Origin: an uncultured Oscillospiraceae bacterium
GTDB lineage: Bacteria; Bacillota; Clostridia; Peptostreptococcales; Anaerovoracaceae
NCBI GenBank assembly: GCA_964384725.1
Contig: CAYLLJ010000001.1
Coordinates: 83,093-147,092 of the forward strand
DNA: 64,000 nt
Direction: 5' to 3'
A program made the position numbers and the translations under genes. The notes beneath the pieces were generated by a model. The model saw nothing but the letters and a program-made list of their open reading frames with translations, searched no databases and was not told the DNA's origin. Below, in pieces: positions 20,029 to 30,034 of the stretch (position 1 is its first letter; the number at the start of each line of letters is the position of its first letter).

Positions 20029-21033
20029 TTATTTTGTTTCTTCTTCGGAGATTAAATTTTTTATAGTATCCATTGTCTCCATCAATGTATCATTATCTTC
20101 AATATTCATCACGGTCAGTTCGCTGTTGATTTTTCGTGCAAGACCGGATAAGGTTTTTCCCGGTCCGAACTCAATAAATATGCTGATTCCGTCTGCTTTC
20201 ATATTTTCTATTGTTTCTTGCCAATAAACAGATCTTTCAGCTTGTTGTGCCATTACCTGTGCCAACCACTGGCTATCCTCAACGACCTGCCCTTCCATGA
20301 TGTCTTTGCCTGTTACGTTGGAATAAGTCTTTACAGTTGGTCTTTTTAAATCTGCATCAAGCAATATTTTTAGCAGTTTCGGAACAGCCGGCTTCATCAT
20401 TGATGAATGGAATGCGGTTCCAACACTCAGCGGAACAGTCTTGATGCCTCCAACCTCTTTAGATTTTAATATAAATCGCTGCTGGGCATCCTTATCTCCG
20501 GCTACGACCGTCTGAATGGGGGAGTTAAAGTTCACACCTTCAAGAATGCCATCTTCCCTTGCAGCTTCTACACATTCAAGAATGATTTTTCGTTCTCCGA
20601 AAGCAGCAATCATACCGCCAATATTCTCTCCTTGTGCATTCTTTCCGGCATCACCCATCCAGATGCCTCTGTTTCTGACGATTTCCAAGCCTGTTTCAAA
20701 GCTTTGGATCGCGCCTCCCGCTGTGAGCGCCGCATATTCTCCCAGGCTGAATCCTGCCATTCCTTCTATTTCAATTCTGCTCAAAATTTCTTCATCAAGA
20801 CCGGAAAGCTCTTTTAAAAAAGCTTCATATGCCGCCATGGTTACCGTATACACGCAAGGCTGTGTGATGTTGGTCTGCCTGAGCAGTTCCTTTGATCCCT
20901 CAAAGCACCATTGCTGTATATCCCGGCCTGCCAGATCAAAGATCTTTTTCGCCTCTTTTGAATTGTCATAAAGACTTTTACCCATTCCTGGGTATTGAGC
21001 CCCTTGACCTGCAAATAATAGCCCTACTTTCAT
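20029..21033 (-). CDS. fabD: Malonyl-CoA:ACP transacylase
   Basis: FAGQGAQYPGMG, TQP, AGFSLGEY, AFHS, EFGPGKTLSGL. Confidence 0.95.
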   Translation of the reverse strand: MKVGLLFAGQGAQYPGMGKSLYDNSKEAKKIFDLAGRDIQQWCFEGSKELLRQTNITQPCVYTVTMAAYEAFLKELSGLDEEILSRIEIEGMAGFSLGEYAALTAGGAIQSFETGLEIVRNRGIWMGDAGKNAQGENIGGMIAAFGERKIILECVEAAREDGILEGVNFNSPIQTVVAGDKDAQQRFILKSKEVGGIKTVPLSVGTAFHSSMMKPAVPKLLKILLDADLKRPTVKTYSNVTGKDIMEGQVVEDSQWLAQVMAQQAERSVYWQETIENMKADGISIFIEFGPGKTLSGLARKINSELTVMNIEDNDTLMETMDTIKNLISEEETK

Positions 21034-21943
21034 AGATCTCCTCTGCCTCCTCAAACATTTCTACTATAATTTCCCTTGCTGTCTGTTCCTTCTTTACAAG
21101 GCCGGCAATTTGGCCGGACATTACAGATCCGTACACAACATCACCGTCTTTAACTGCTGCCCGCAGCGCTCCCGTTCCGATTTTTTCTATCTCTGAAATA
21201 TCTGCGTTTCTTTTTTCCAAAATCAAAATATCTCTTGCCAGTTTATTTTTTAGCACTCTTACAGGATGTCCTGTACTGCGCCCGGTAGCCACAGTATCCG
21301 AATCCTTTGCTTTTAAGATCATATCTTTGTAATTCTGTGATACGGTGCATTCTTTCGCAACAAGAAAACGTGTTCCGACTTGAACACCGGATGCTCCGAG
21401 CATATATGCTGCAGCAATCCCTCGACCGTCAGCAATACCCCCTGCTGCTATAACAGGGATGTTTACCGCATCTGCCACTTGAGGAACAAGTGCCATAGTT
21501 GTGGCTTCCCCGATGTGTCCGCCTCCCTCCTGGCCTTCAGCAATAACTGCATCCGCGCCGGCACGCTCTACTCTGATTGCAAGCGCTACCGATGCGATGA
21601 CGGGAATCACCTTTATCCCGTGGCTTTTTAACTTTGTTATATATTTACCGGGGTTCCCTGCTCCTGTAGTAACTACAGGAACATGTTCCTCACAAATAAC
21701 ATCAATGATTGCGTCAGCATGTGGATTCAGCAGCATCACATTTACGCCGAAAGGCTTATCAGTCATTTCTCTCGTCTTACGGATCTCTTTTCTCACCCAG
21801 TCTGCTTCTGCATTCCCGCTTGCTATTATACCTAAACCTCCCGCATTGCTAACTGCAGATGCCAGATATGCATCCGCAATCCATGCCATTGCTCCCTGTA
21901 TAATGGGATATTCCGTTCCGAGCATTCCACAAATATTAACCAT
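20978..21943 (-). CDS. fabK: Enoyl-ACP reductase II
   Basis: PIIQGAMAW, TTGAGNP, EGQEGGGHIG, AAGGIADGRG, VMSGQIAG; located in the fab operon. Confidence 0.95.
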   Translation of the reverse strand: MVNICGMLGTEYPIIQGAMAWIADAYLASAVSNAGGLGIIASGNAEADWVRKEIRKTREMTDKPFGVNVMLLNPHADAIIDVICEEHVPVVTTGAGNPGKYITKLKSHGIKVIPVIASVALAIRVERAGADAVIAEGQEGGGHIGEATTMALVPQVADAVNIPVIAAGGIADGRGIAAAYMLGASGVQVGTRFLVAKECTVSQNYKDMILKAKDSDTVATGRSTGHPVRVLKNKLARDILILEKRNADISEIEKIGTGALRAAVKDGDVVYGSVMSGQIAGLVKKEQTAREIIVEMFEEAEEIYESRAIICRSRGSIPRNG

Positions 21944-21993
21944 ATATTACATTCTCCTTTATTTGTTTGCCAATCTGTGATACAAATCTGCAA

Positions 21994-22959
21994 CTACACT
22001 GCTTCAAATAGTATCGCTCCGGCACTCAGCCCGCCGCCAAATCCGACCATCATTATTATATCCCCTGAACTAACCTTTCCGCTTTTCATTAAATCTGCCA
22101 ATGCCATCGGAATGCTTGCCGATGATACATTGCCGGTAGTCTGAATGTTCACCTGAAATTTTTCAAGGGGTTGTTTCATGCGCTGAGCAGCAGATTGAAT
22201 AATTCTCTTATTCGCCTGATGAGGTACATAATATTTTACATCATTTGCTGTGATCCCAGCCTTTTGCAGTACAATGTCCATGGCTTCGCCGATAGCACCT
22301 ACTGCGAATCGAAAAACCTGTGACCCGTTCATATGAAGGAACTGCTCTTTCGGGTCATCATCCGCAAACGGGGTTTTCAGGTATTGCATGTCTGCGGTAA
22401 GGCTGTTTGATATATCATCATAGTTCTTTATGAAACTGCTCATTATACCGGTTTTGTCATCTCTAAGCTCTAAGACCGCGCTTCCGGCTCCATCGCCGAA
22501 AATAATACATGTCCCTCTGTCCTCCCAGTTCGTGATTCTGGAGAGACGCTCTACTCCGATTACCAATGCACGCTTTATCCCATGTGTCCTCATAAGCGCT
22601 TCTGCATTCCAAACTCCATATATAAATCCGCTGCACGCTGCATTTAAATCGTAAGCAATTGCATTCTCTAAATTCATAGCTCTTTTCACTAATGCTCCCA
22701 TTGACGGCACCAGCATATCCGGTGTAACGGTAGCTACAATGACCAACCCGATAGAGTTTTTGTCCAAATCCCCCATGGCCTCTTTTGCTGAATTTACAGC
22801 AAGATCCAATGCTGATTCTTTTGTTGCTATATGCCTTGATTCAATTCCCGTACGGTCTATGATCCATTGATTATCCGTTTCAACCAATTTTGAAAGACGT
22901 GTGTTATCTACTTTTAATTCCGGCAATGACTTGCCGGTTCCTATAATAACTACTCCCAA
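21994..22959 (-). CDS. fabH: Beta-ketoacyl-ACP synthase III
   Basis: WIIDRTGI..R, AACSGF, FGDGAG, PHQAN, GNVSSASIP, GFGGGL; TTG start 22959 after GAGGAGG. Confidence 0.95.
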   Translation of the reverse strand: MGVVIIGTGKSLPELKVDNTRLSKLVETDNQWIIDRTGIESRHIATKESALDLAVNSAKEAMGDLDKNSIGLVIVATVTPDMLVPSMGALVKRAMNLENAIAYDLNAACSGFIYGVWNAEALMRTHGIKRALVIGVERLSRITNWEDRGTCIIFGDGAGSAVLELRDDKTGIMSSFIKNYDDISNSLTADMQYLKTPFADDDPKEQFLHMNGSQVFRFAVGAIGEAMDIVLQKAGITANDVKYYVPHQANKRIIQSAAQRMKQPLEKFQVNIQTTGNVSSASIPMALADLMKSGKVSSGDIIMMVGFGGGLSAGAILFEAV

Positions 22960-23092
22960 GTTAATCCTCCTCAGTTTCAGTTTCTTTATACACATTCTGC
23001 ACGGCACTTTAGTGCCGCATTTCATCATATTAATTCATTATAACGAGCCTATAATGGATAATGCAAAATGCCGAAATTTAACAATAAATTTT

Positions 23093-23109
23093 ATTTTGAT
23101 AGTCAAACT
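23093..23109 (-). promoter_or_regulatory. FabT-type operator
   Basis: AGTTTGACTATCAAAAT on the minus strand (TTTGA-N3-TCAAA palindrome), just downstream of the fab promoter; resembles the streptococcal FabT box. Confidence 0.75.
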
Positions 23110-23119
23110 ATTTGATTGT

Positions 23120-23148
23120 ATTATAAATTTTACGGATATGCATGTCAA
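23120..23148 (-). promoter_or_regulatory. Sigma-A promoter of the fab operon
   Basis: TTGACA (23148-23143), 17 bp, TATAAT (23125-23120): perfect consensus. Confidence 0.85.
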
Positions 23149-23341
23149 GTTATTTTAACGGCGGATCAGTCTCATGCGGCTCCTCCCCAATTAGTTTATA
23201 TTGAAGGTGCGGAAAGCCTGAAAGTTTTCTTTCCTTTGTTATATCCACAAAATTTTATAGGCTAAATATACAAATCATCATTCTATATTATATAATAAAG
23301 ACGATGTAAAAATTTCTGTTGTTGTTTTAGGAGGATTAAAC

Positions 23342-24766
23342 ATGTCAGTACCGGCATCCATCTACGATTTCATTGGCGAACATGTGAAAAAAGAGCCGAT
23401 CTCTTTTCATATGCCCGGACATAAGGGGGCTCAATTTTACCGGAGGTTCGGTTATGACGATTTTCTTGACCGGTTTATGGATTATGATATTACAGAAATA
23501 GAGGGCGCTGACAATTTGCTTCAGGCTGAAAGCACCATCAAAGAGGTTCAGGAACGTTTCAGCAGACTTTATGGCTGCAAAAAGTCCTATATTCTGATTA
23601 ATGGCAGCAGCTGCGGCAATATGGCGGCAATATTGGCATCTGTAAGCAAAGGCAAGCAGCTGCTTATGGCAAGGAACAGTCATAAATCTGTCTTCAACGC
23701 CTTGACCTTAGGCGGAATTCGGCCAGTCTATGCTTACCCCGAAATCATCAAGAAGTATGGAATTTCCGGTGCAGTTTCCCCCCTTGAGATTGAGAGGCTT
23801 ATTCAGGAAAATCCTGATATTCAGGCTGTTATTCTTGCAAGTCCGAATTATTACGGAATATGCAGCGACATCAAAACCATTGCGGAAATTGTTCATAAAT
23901 ACAATAAAGTTCTCATCGTAGATGAGGCTCACGGAGCTCATCTTCATTTCTGCAATGTACTGCCTCCGTCAGCAATCCGCTCCGGGGCAGATATTGTTAT
24001 CAACAGTACACATAAAACTTTAGGCTCCCTGACACAAAGTGCCGTGCTTCATTATAATACCGGGCTTGTGGATCAGTATCTTTTGGAAGATAAGCTCCAA
24101 TGCATTCAAAGTACCAGCCCTTCCTATATTTTAATGACGTCTATGGACATCTGTTCAAGAATTCTTGAACAGCACCATCAGAGATTAATGGAGGAGTGGA
24201 CTGAGAATTTAAATACTTTTTATGAAAAAATCGAAAAGATTCACGGCTTACAAACCACGGGCAAAATGGAAGGTCTCGATTGGACGAGGATCAATCTGAC
24301 CATGAGGGATCTGGGTATCAGCGGCTCTGAACTGGATAATATCCTGATTAATGAATATGGAATTTATACTGAAATGTTCACCGGTGACTGGCTCATGGCC
24401 ATGACAGGTATCGGCAATACCAAGCATGATTATGACCGATTTGCCGATGCACTTGAAGACATAAGCAGAAAGGCAATCGCTTCAGGTTTAAAAGCTCATA
24501 ACAAAGATAATAAAAGTAATGCCCCGGCGATGCCGAGGCAGGCTGTTCTGTTTGAGATTCCTCTTGAAACGAAAAGGGTAAAGCTGACAGACAGTGAGGG
24601 AATGATTTGCGGCAGCTCTATTATCCCTTATCCTCCCGGCATTCCTTTGATCTGCCCGGGAGAACGTATTGAATCTGATGCCATAACTTATATACGTGCA
24701 ATGCTAAATTTAGGCGAAAAGGTAATCGGGGTTAATGAGTTCAACGAAGTTATCGTAGGGAAATAG
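23342..24766 (+). CDS. Orn/Lys/Arg decarboxylase family PLP enzyme (YaaO-like)
   Basis: SFHMPGHKG, LINGSS, RNSHKS, VDEAHGAH, STHKTL, QSTSPSY, PYPPGIP...PGE. Confidence 0.9.
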   Translation: MSVPASIYDFIGEHVKKEPISFHMPGHKGAQFYRRFGYDDFLDRFMDYDITEIEGADNLLQAESTIKEVQERFSRLYGCKKSYILINGSSCGNMAAILASVSKGKQLLMARNSHKSVFNALTLGGIRPVYAYPEIIKKYGISGAVSPLEIERLIQENPDIQAVILASPNYYGICSDIKTIAEIVHKYNKVLIVDEAHGAHLHFCNVLPPSAIRSGADIVINSTHKTLGSLTQSAVLHYNTGLVDQYLLEDKLQCIQSTSPSYILMTSMDICSRILEQHHQRLMEEWTENLNTFYEKIEKIHGLQTTGKMEGLDWTRINLTMRDLGISGSELDNILINEYGIYTEMFTGDWLMAMTGIGNTKHDYDRFADALEDISRKAIASGLKAHNKDNKSNAPAMPRQAVLFEIPLETKRVKLTDSEGMICGSSIIPYPPGIPLICPGERIESDAITYIRAMLNLGEKVIGVNEFNEVIVGK

Positions 24767-24803
24767 TTTTCAGAATTCCTCGATTCTTTAAGTGAGAGGC
24801 GAT

Positions 24804-25883
24804 TCACTGTTCATCAATCGTTTGTACAATTTTGTCTCCCATTTCTTTTGTTCCAATAAGTTCATAACCCGGGCTCATGATGTCTGCTGTTCTATAACCT
24901 TTTCCAAGGACTGATTTTACAGCGTTTTCTATTTCATCCGCTTCATTTGTCAAACCGAAAGTATATCGCAGCATCATTGCAAACGAGAGTATTGAAGCCA
25001 TTGGATTTGCCTTGTTTTGTCCCGCTATGTCCGGAGCGCTGCCATGAATGGGTTCATATAATCCAAAATTGCCTTTTGCAAGGCTCGCCGAAGGCAGCAT
25101 TCCAATAGACCCCGTTATCATGCTGGCTTCATCGGAAAGGATATCCCCGAATAAATTGCTTGTAACGATCACATCAAACTGCTTTGGATCTCTCACTAAC
25201 TGCATAGCTGCATTATCTACATACATGTGGTTTAATGCGACCTCAGGATAGCTCTTTGCAACCTCAGTCATAACGCTTCTCCATAGTCTTGAACTTTCAA
25301 GAACGTTCGCTTTATCAACACTGGTAAGCTTTTTATTTCGCTTCATCGCCATGTCGAAGGCGACTACTGCGATTCTTTTTACTTCCTCTTCCGCATATTG
25401 TTCTATATCGTAAGCTGCTCTGCCAAGTTCCGTATCTTTATAGCCCTTTTCTCCAAAGTATATCCCGCCGGTAAGCTCTCTTACCACGACGATGTCAAGA
25501 CCGCCTTCTATGATTTCCGCTTTAAGCGGACACGCCTCTGTCAGCTCTTCAAACAGCAATGCGGGCCGCAGGTTGGCAAAAAGCCCTAATTCTTTTCGCA
25601 AACCAAGGATTGCTCTCTCGGGTCTCTGGTCACCTGGCAATGTGTCCCACTTCCAGCCTCCTACCGCACCCAGGAAAACCGCATCACTGTTTTTGCATAC
25701 ATCAACGGTATTCCGGGGTAAACAGTTCCCTTCTGCATCAATTGCGGCTCCGCCTGCCAAAACAGTAGTAAATTGAAATTTATGACCGTATTTTTCTCCG
25801 ACTTTATCCATAACCTTAACTGATTCTGCCGTAACGTCAGGTCCGATGCCGTCTCCCGGGATTAGTGCTATTTTATAATTCAT
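24804..25883 (-). CDS. leuB: 3-isopropylmalate dehydrogenase
   Basis: [47 protein letters not shown]. Confidence 0.97.
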   Translation of the reverse strand: MNYKIALIPGDGIGPDVTAESVKVMDKVGEKYGHKFQFTTVLAGGAAIDAEGNCLPRNTVDVCKNSDAVFLGAVGGWKWDTLPGDQRPERAILGLRKELGLFANLRPALLFEELTEACPLKAEIIEGGLDIVVVRELTGGIYFGEKGYKDTELGRAAYDIEQYAEEEVKRIAVVAFDMAMKRNKKLTSVDKANVLESSRLWRSVMTEVAKSYPEVALNHMYVDNAAMQLVRDPKQFDVIVTSNLFGDILSDEASMITGSIGMLPSASLAKGNFGLYEPIHGSAPDIAGQNKANPMASILSFAMMLRYTFGLTNEADEIENAVKSVLGKGYRTADIMSPGYELIGTKEMGDKIVQTIDEQ

Positions 25884-26394
25884 ATTTTCCCTCTCCCTTT
25901 TTTCCATCCGTCTCTTTAATTTTTTGGTTAACGTAGTTTACGAGTCCTTCGTTCTCAATAAGGCCGCGGATAAAATCAGGGAAGGGCTCTGCCTGGTAAG
26001 TTTCGCCTTTTGTTATATTGCTGATTTTACCCGTCTTGAAGTCTACACTGATTTCATTTCCGGCATCAATGTTTTGTGCAGCCTCTTCGCATTCCATGAT
26101 TGGAAGGCCGGTATTCAGAGAATTCCTGTAAAAGATTCGTGCAAATGTAGGAGCTATCACACACTTGATACCCGAAGCCTTTATTGCTATAGGTGCATGC
26201 TCTCTGGAAGAACCGCATCCGAAATTTTTACCTGCAACTATTATATCTCCTTGCTCTACCCTGTTTACAAAGTCGGCATCCAGGTCTTCCATGCAGTGTT
26301 TTGCCAGCTCTTCAGGAACCGAAGTATTCAAATGCCTTGCAGGTATAATGACATCTGTATCTACATTTTCACCATATTTAAAAACTTTTCCCAT
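25873..26394 (-). CDS. leuD: 3-isopropylmalate dehydratase small subunit
   Basis: [29 protein letters not shown]. Confidence 0.96.
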   Translation of the reverse strand: MGKVFKYGENVDTDVIIPARHLNTSVPEELAKHCMEDLDADFVNRVEQGDIIVAGKNFGCGSSREHAPIAIKASGIKCVIAPTFARIFYRNSLNTGLPIMECEEAAQNIDAGNEISVDFKTGKISNITKGETYQAEPFPDFIRGLIENEGLVNYVNQKIKETDGKKGEGKYEL

Positions 26395-26484
26395 TTTCTA
26401 TTCCTTTCATATTACAATTTATCCGGCTGATAAGGGCGCCTTTGTAAGATTCGCATCTTCTTACGTCATTCTTTTCAGAGTGTA

Positions 26485-26581
26485 TAAACAGTTCCCCTGA
26501 AAAACCGTCCGAAAGCAAATGCAAACCTTTAATAACTTAGTTGATGCATGCATCTTGAGCGGTTTTGATGGGAGCTGTTTA
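26485..26581. repeat. Long imperfect hairpin (REP/MITE-like) between leuC and leuD
   Basis: taaacag..cccc..aaaaccg ... cggtttt..ggga..ctgttta arms; shares an AAACCGTCCGAA...TGAGCG core with the hairpin at 31820-31882. Confidence 0.55.
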
Positions 26582-27856
26582 CACTCCTTCAGGGCCGGCA
26601 ATCTTGCCTGCTATGGCCGAAGCTGCAGCTACTGCGGGGCTTGCCAGATAGATCTCCGATTCTACATGACCCATTCTACCTACAAAGTTGCGGTTGGTCG
26701 TTGATACAGTCCTTTCGCCTGCTGCCATAATCCCCATATGTCCTCCCAGGCAGGGGCCGCATGTTGGCGTTGAAAATACACCGCCTGCTTTGATAAAAAT
26801 TTCTGCAAAGCCGTTTTTAATACATTCCAGGTAGATATCCTGTGATCCCGGAATAATAATAAGCCTAAGGTTCTTTGCAACCTTCTTCCCCTTCAGGATC
26901 TTAGCGACGATTTTCATGTCTTCCATCCGTCCATTGGTGCAGGAACCGATCACTACCTGATCGATCTTGATATCCCCCACCTCGTCAATGGTCTTAGTGT
27001 TTTCAGGTAAATGAGGGAATGCAACTGTCGGTCTAATTTCTGATAAGTCGATCACATACGTTTCATCGTAAACCGCATCCGGATCCGGCTTATATATTTT
27101 AGTTTTCTTTTTCAGTGACTTATTCTTGTTTTTATGCTCTTTCATATATTCTTTTGTCTTTTCATCTACCATGAATATACCGTTTTTAGCACCTGCTTCG
27201 ATGGCCATATTCGCTATGGTAAATCGATCGTCCATAGACAGGTTTTTCAGTCCCGTTCCCATGAATTCCATAGATTTATAAAGAGCACCGTCAACACCGA
27301 TCATGCCAATGATATGCAGGATCACATCTTTGCCGCCAACCCATTTTGACGGTTTCCCTACAAGCTCAAATTTGATGGCAGGCGGCACCTTGAACCAGGC
27401 TTTTCCCCTGGCCATACCTGCCGCCATGTCTGTGGAACCGATTCCGGTGCTAAATGCACCCAATGCGCCGTAGGTACAAGTGTGTGAGTCCGCTCCGATC
27501 ACGGCATCTCCCGCTGTCACAATGCCTTTTTCGGGAAGCAAAACATGCTCTATTCCCATTTCTCCTACTTCAAAATAGTTTGTTATATCCTGCTCAACTG
27601 CGAACTCCCGCAGTATTTTGCTTTGTTCAGCTGCCTTAATGTCTTTATTTGGCGTAAAGTGATCCGGTACCAATGCTATCTTGTTTTTATCAAATACGAA
27701 TTCTGCCCCCATTTTTTTAAATTCTTTTATGGCAACGGGGCCGGTTATATCGTTAGCCAGTACCATGTCCAGATCCGCCTCAATGAACTGTCCGGCTTTT
27801 ACTTCCTTCAAGCCGGCATGGGCTGCCAGTATTTTTTGCGTCATTGTCATTCCCAT
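26579..27856 (-). CDS. leuC: 3-isopropylmalate dehydratase large subunit
   Basis: [34 protein letters not shown]. Confidence 0.96.
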   Translation of the reverse strand: MGMTMTQKILAAHAGLKEVKAGQFIEADLDMVLANDITGPVAIKEFKKMGAEFVFDKNKIALVPDHFTPNKDIKAAEQSKILREFAVEQDITNYFEVGEMGIEHVLLPEKGIVTAGDAVIGADSHTCTYGALGAFSTGIGSTDMAAGMARGKAWFKVPPAIKFELVGKPSKWVGGKDVILHIIGMIGVDGALYKSMEFMGTGLKNLSMDDRFTIANMAIEAGAKNGIFMVDEKTKEYMKEHKNKNKSLKKKTKIYKPDPDAVYDETYVIDLSEIRPTVAFPHLPENTKTIDEVGDIKIDQVVIGSCTNGRMEDMKIVAKILKGKKVAKNLRLIIIPGSQDIYLECIKNGFAEIFIKAGGVFSTPTCGPCLGGHMGIMAAGERTVSTTNRNFVGRMGHVESEIYLASPAVAAASAIAGKIAGPEGV

Positions 27857-27909
27857 AATCTTATTTCCTTCCTAATAAACTATAATGGATCAAAGTAATA
27901 GCTAATAGC

Positions 27910-29472
27910 TCAATTACTGCCTTCTTTGTCTGTTTCTTTATTTACTCCATTGGGTTTTAAAGTTTTTCCATAGATCATCTTGTTTACCGCATTGATATAA
28001 GCATGTATACTGGCTTCGATTACATCAGTCGACAGGCCTCTTCCCGCGTACAGATTTCCTTCCGGATCACTGATTTTAACAAGGGCATCCCCTAATGCAT
28101 CGTTTCCTTCTGTTACTGATTGCAGTTGGTAATCCTCTAATTTTAAAGGAATCCCAACTATTTTTTCTATCGCCTTGAAAGATGCGTTGATCGGTCCCTC
28201 TCCCCGGGAAACCTTCTCAATGGGTTTTCCGTCATGCAGCATCCTGATTACAGCCGTAGGGGTAATAGTATTTCCGCTGTTGATCACGAAATTCTGGAGG
28301 GAATATGATTTAGGAACTTGAACAGAGTCTTTTGCAATCAATGCTTCTATATCTCTATCGTAAACTTGCTTTTTCTTATCTGCAAGATCTTTAAACATTG
28401 CAAACATTCTGTCCACATCATCTTCCGAAAGATCATATCCCAGCTGCATCACCTTGTCCCTGAATGCATGCTTGCCGGAATGCTTTCCAAGAACCAGATT
28501 ATTTTGACTCAATCCTACGGATTCCGGCTTCATTATCTCATATGTTTCTTTATTTTGTAATACACCATGCTGATGAATTCCGGCCTCATGCGCAAAAGCA
28601 TTCTCTCCGACAATAGCCTTGTTAGGCTGCACCTTGACCCCCGTTATTCTTGACAGAAGATTCGAAGAACGTGCGATTTCCGTTGTTACGATTCTGGTTT
28701 CGGCTTCAAGAATATCCTTTCTGGTATGAAGTGCCATAACAAACTCTTCCATGGCAGCATTGCCGGCTCTTTCTCCAATTCCATTGACTGTGCATTCTAT
28801 CTGAGTCGCACCGGCTTTTACAGCAGCAAGAGAGTTTGCCACCGCAAGACCAAGATCATTGTGGCAGTGTGATGAAAGAGTAATATCTGACATAGAAGGT
28901 GCAAGTTCCTGTACCTTCATAAGAAAATCATAGTATTCATCCGGCGTTGTATATCCGACAGTATCAGGAAGATTGATAGTTGTCGCTCCGGCTTTGATTA
29001 CTCCTTCGATAATTCTGGCTAAAAACAGCGGGTCACTTCTTGTGGCATCCTCCGCAGACCATTCAATGTCGCTGCAGTATTTCTTAGCATATTTCACCAT
29101 GGCAACAGATCGCTCATACACCTCGTCCGGTGTCATCATCAGCTTATATTCCATATGGATAGGCGAAGTTGCTATGAATGTGTGGATTCTTGGAGAAACC
29201 GCTTTAGAAAGCGCTTCCCACGCCCTATCGATGTCCTTTTCGGCTGTTCTTGCTAAACTGGCTACAGTACAGTCTTTAAGCGTCTCGGCAATTGTCTTTA
29301 CTGACATAAAATCACCCGGGGAAGATATTGCGAATCCTGCTTCTATGATGTCTACTTTCATTCTTTCCAATTGTTTGGCCATTTCAATCTTTTCTTTGAG
29401 ATTCATGCTGCATCCCGGCGATTGTTCTCCATCTCTTAATGTTGTGTCAAAAATTTTAATCATTTTAGTCAT
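27910..29472 (-). CDS. leuA: 2-isopropylmalate synthase
   Basis: FDTTLRDGEQSPG, HCHNDLG, GIGERAGN, HEAGIHQHG and C-terminal regulatory domain. Confidence 0.97.
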   Translation of the reverse strand: MTKMIKIFDTTLRDGEQSPGCSMNLKEKIEMAKQLERMKVDIIEAGFAISSPGDFMSVKTIAETLKDCTVASLARTAEKDIDRAWEALSKAVSPRIHTFIATSPIHMEYKLMMTPDEVYERSVAMVKYAKKYCSDIEWSAEDATRSDPLFLARIIEGVIKAGATTINLPDTVGYTTPDEYYDFLMKVQELAPSMSDITLSSHCHNDLGLAVANSLAAVKAGATQIECTVNGIGERAGNAAMEEFVMALHTRKDILEAETRIVTTEIARSSNLLSRITGVKVQPNKAIVGENAFAHEAGIHQHGVLQNKETYEIMKPESVGLSQNNLVLGKHSGKHAFRDKVMQLGYDLSEDDVDRMFAMFKDLADKKKQVYDRDIEALIAKDSVQVPKSYSLQNFVINSGNTITPTAVIRMLHDGKPIEKVSRGEGPINASFKAIEKIVGIPLKLEDYQLQSVTEGNDALGDALVKISDPEGNLYAGRGLSTDVIEASIHAYINAVNKMIYGKTLKPNGVNKETDKEGSN

Positions 29473-29585
29473 TGCTTTATTCTCCTTCTTTAATTGATGC
29501 TTCAGGCCGATGAAAGAAACGGGTTTTGGGTTTACCCTTGCAAACTGTATTTGGGTCTGCCTTGCATACGAGCTAAATGTGTAAT

Positions 29586-29912
29586 AAAAAATCCCTGAAG
29601 CCTATAATAAGCTCCAGGGACGATATAATTCTACCGCGGTACCACCCTGATTACTGCATTCAACAGTCATCTCATCGGATTCAAACAAATCCTTGGCCTA
29701 TATAACGGGGCCTGCCGGGACACCTTAATAGCCTTAACGGAAAAAGCCTGTCAGTTTCCGTATAACACCCACTAATATCTTTAAGTAAGGTGCGCAGCGT
29801 TAGGGAGCCTGCTCAGGAGCGAGATCACCTTTTCTTCGTATCGGTTTGCAGCATCCACCGACTCTCTGTAACGTTTTTAGAAAAAATAAAAACTCCGTCA
29901 TTGCATTTTTTG
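29586..29912 (-). ncRNA. Leucine T-box riboswitch
   Basis: Minus strand: GCAATGACGGAG stem I start, CAGAGAG AG-box, GCTGCAA distal loop, specifier CTC (Leu) at 29823-29821, T-box AATCAGGGTGGTACCGCG, then terminator TCCCTGGAGC..GCTTCAGGGATTTTTT. Confidence 0.93.
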
Positions 29913-29955
29913 CTGATAAATTCTACAAATTAGATTGCAGAAGAATATTATTGTT

Positions 29956-29984
29956 AGTATATTAAATGTAATTCATTTTGTCAA
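29956..29984 (-). promoter_or_regulatory. Sigma-A promoter of the T-box/leu operon
   Basis: TTGACA-17 bp-TATACT. Confidence 0.75.
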
Positions 29985-30034
29985 TCATTTTATGTTAATT
30001 TCTATTATATCAAAAATTGCAACTTAATTCAACT

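Noticed and set aside
20978-21033. 56-bp fabK/fabD overlap as a frameshift
   Set aside because: Both proteins are complete; a short tail overlap with an embedded RBS is ordinary translational coupling.
23003-23018. CGGCACTTTAGTGCCG hairpin in the fabH leader, similar to one near 43155-43170
   Set aside because: Too short and imperfect to call a repeat family or regulatory RNA from two copies.
23241-23249. DnaA-box-like ATATCCACA
   Set aside because: Single mismatched copy with no cluster; oriC is expected beyond the right edge.
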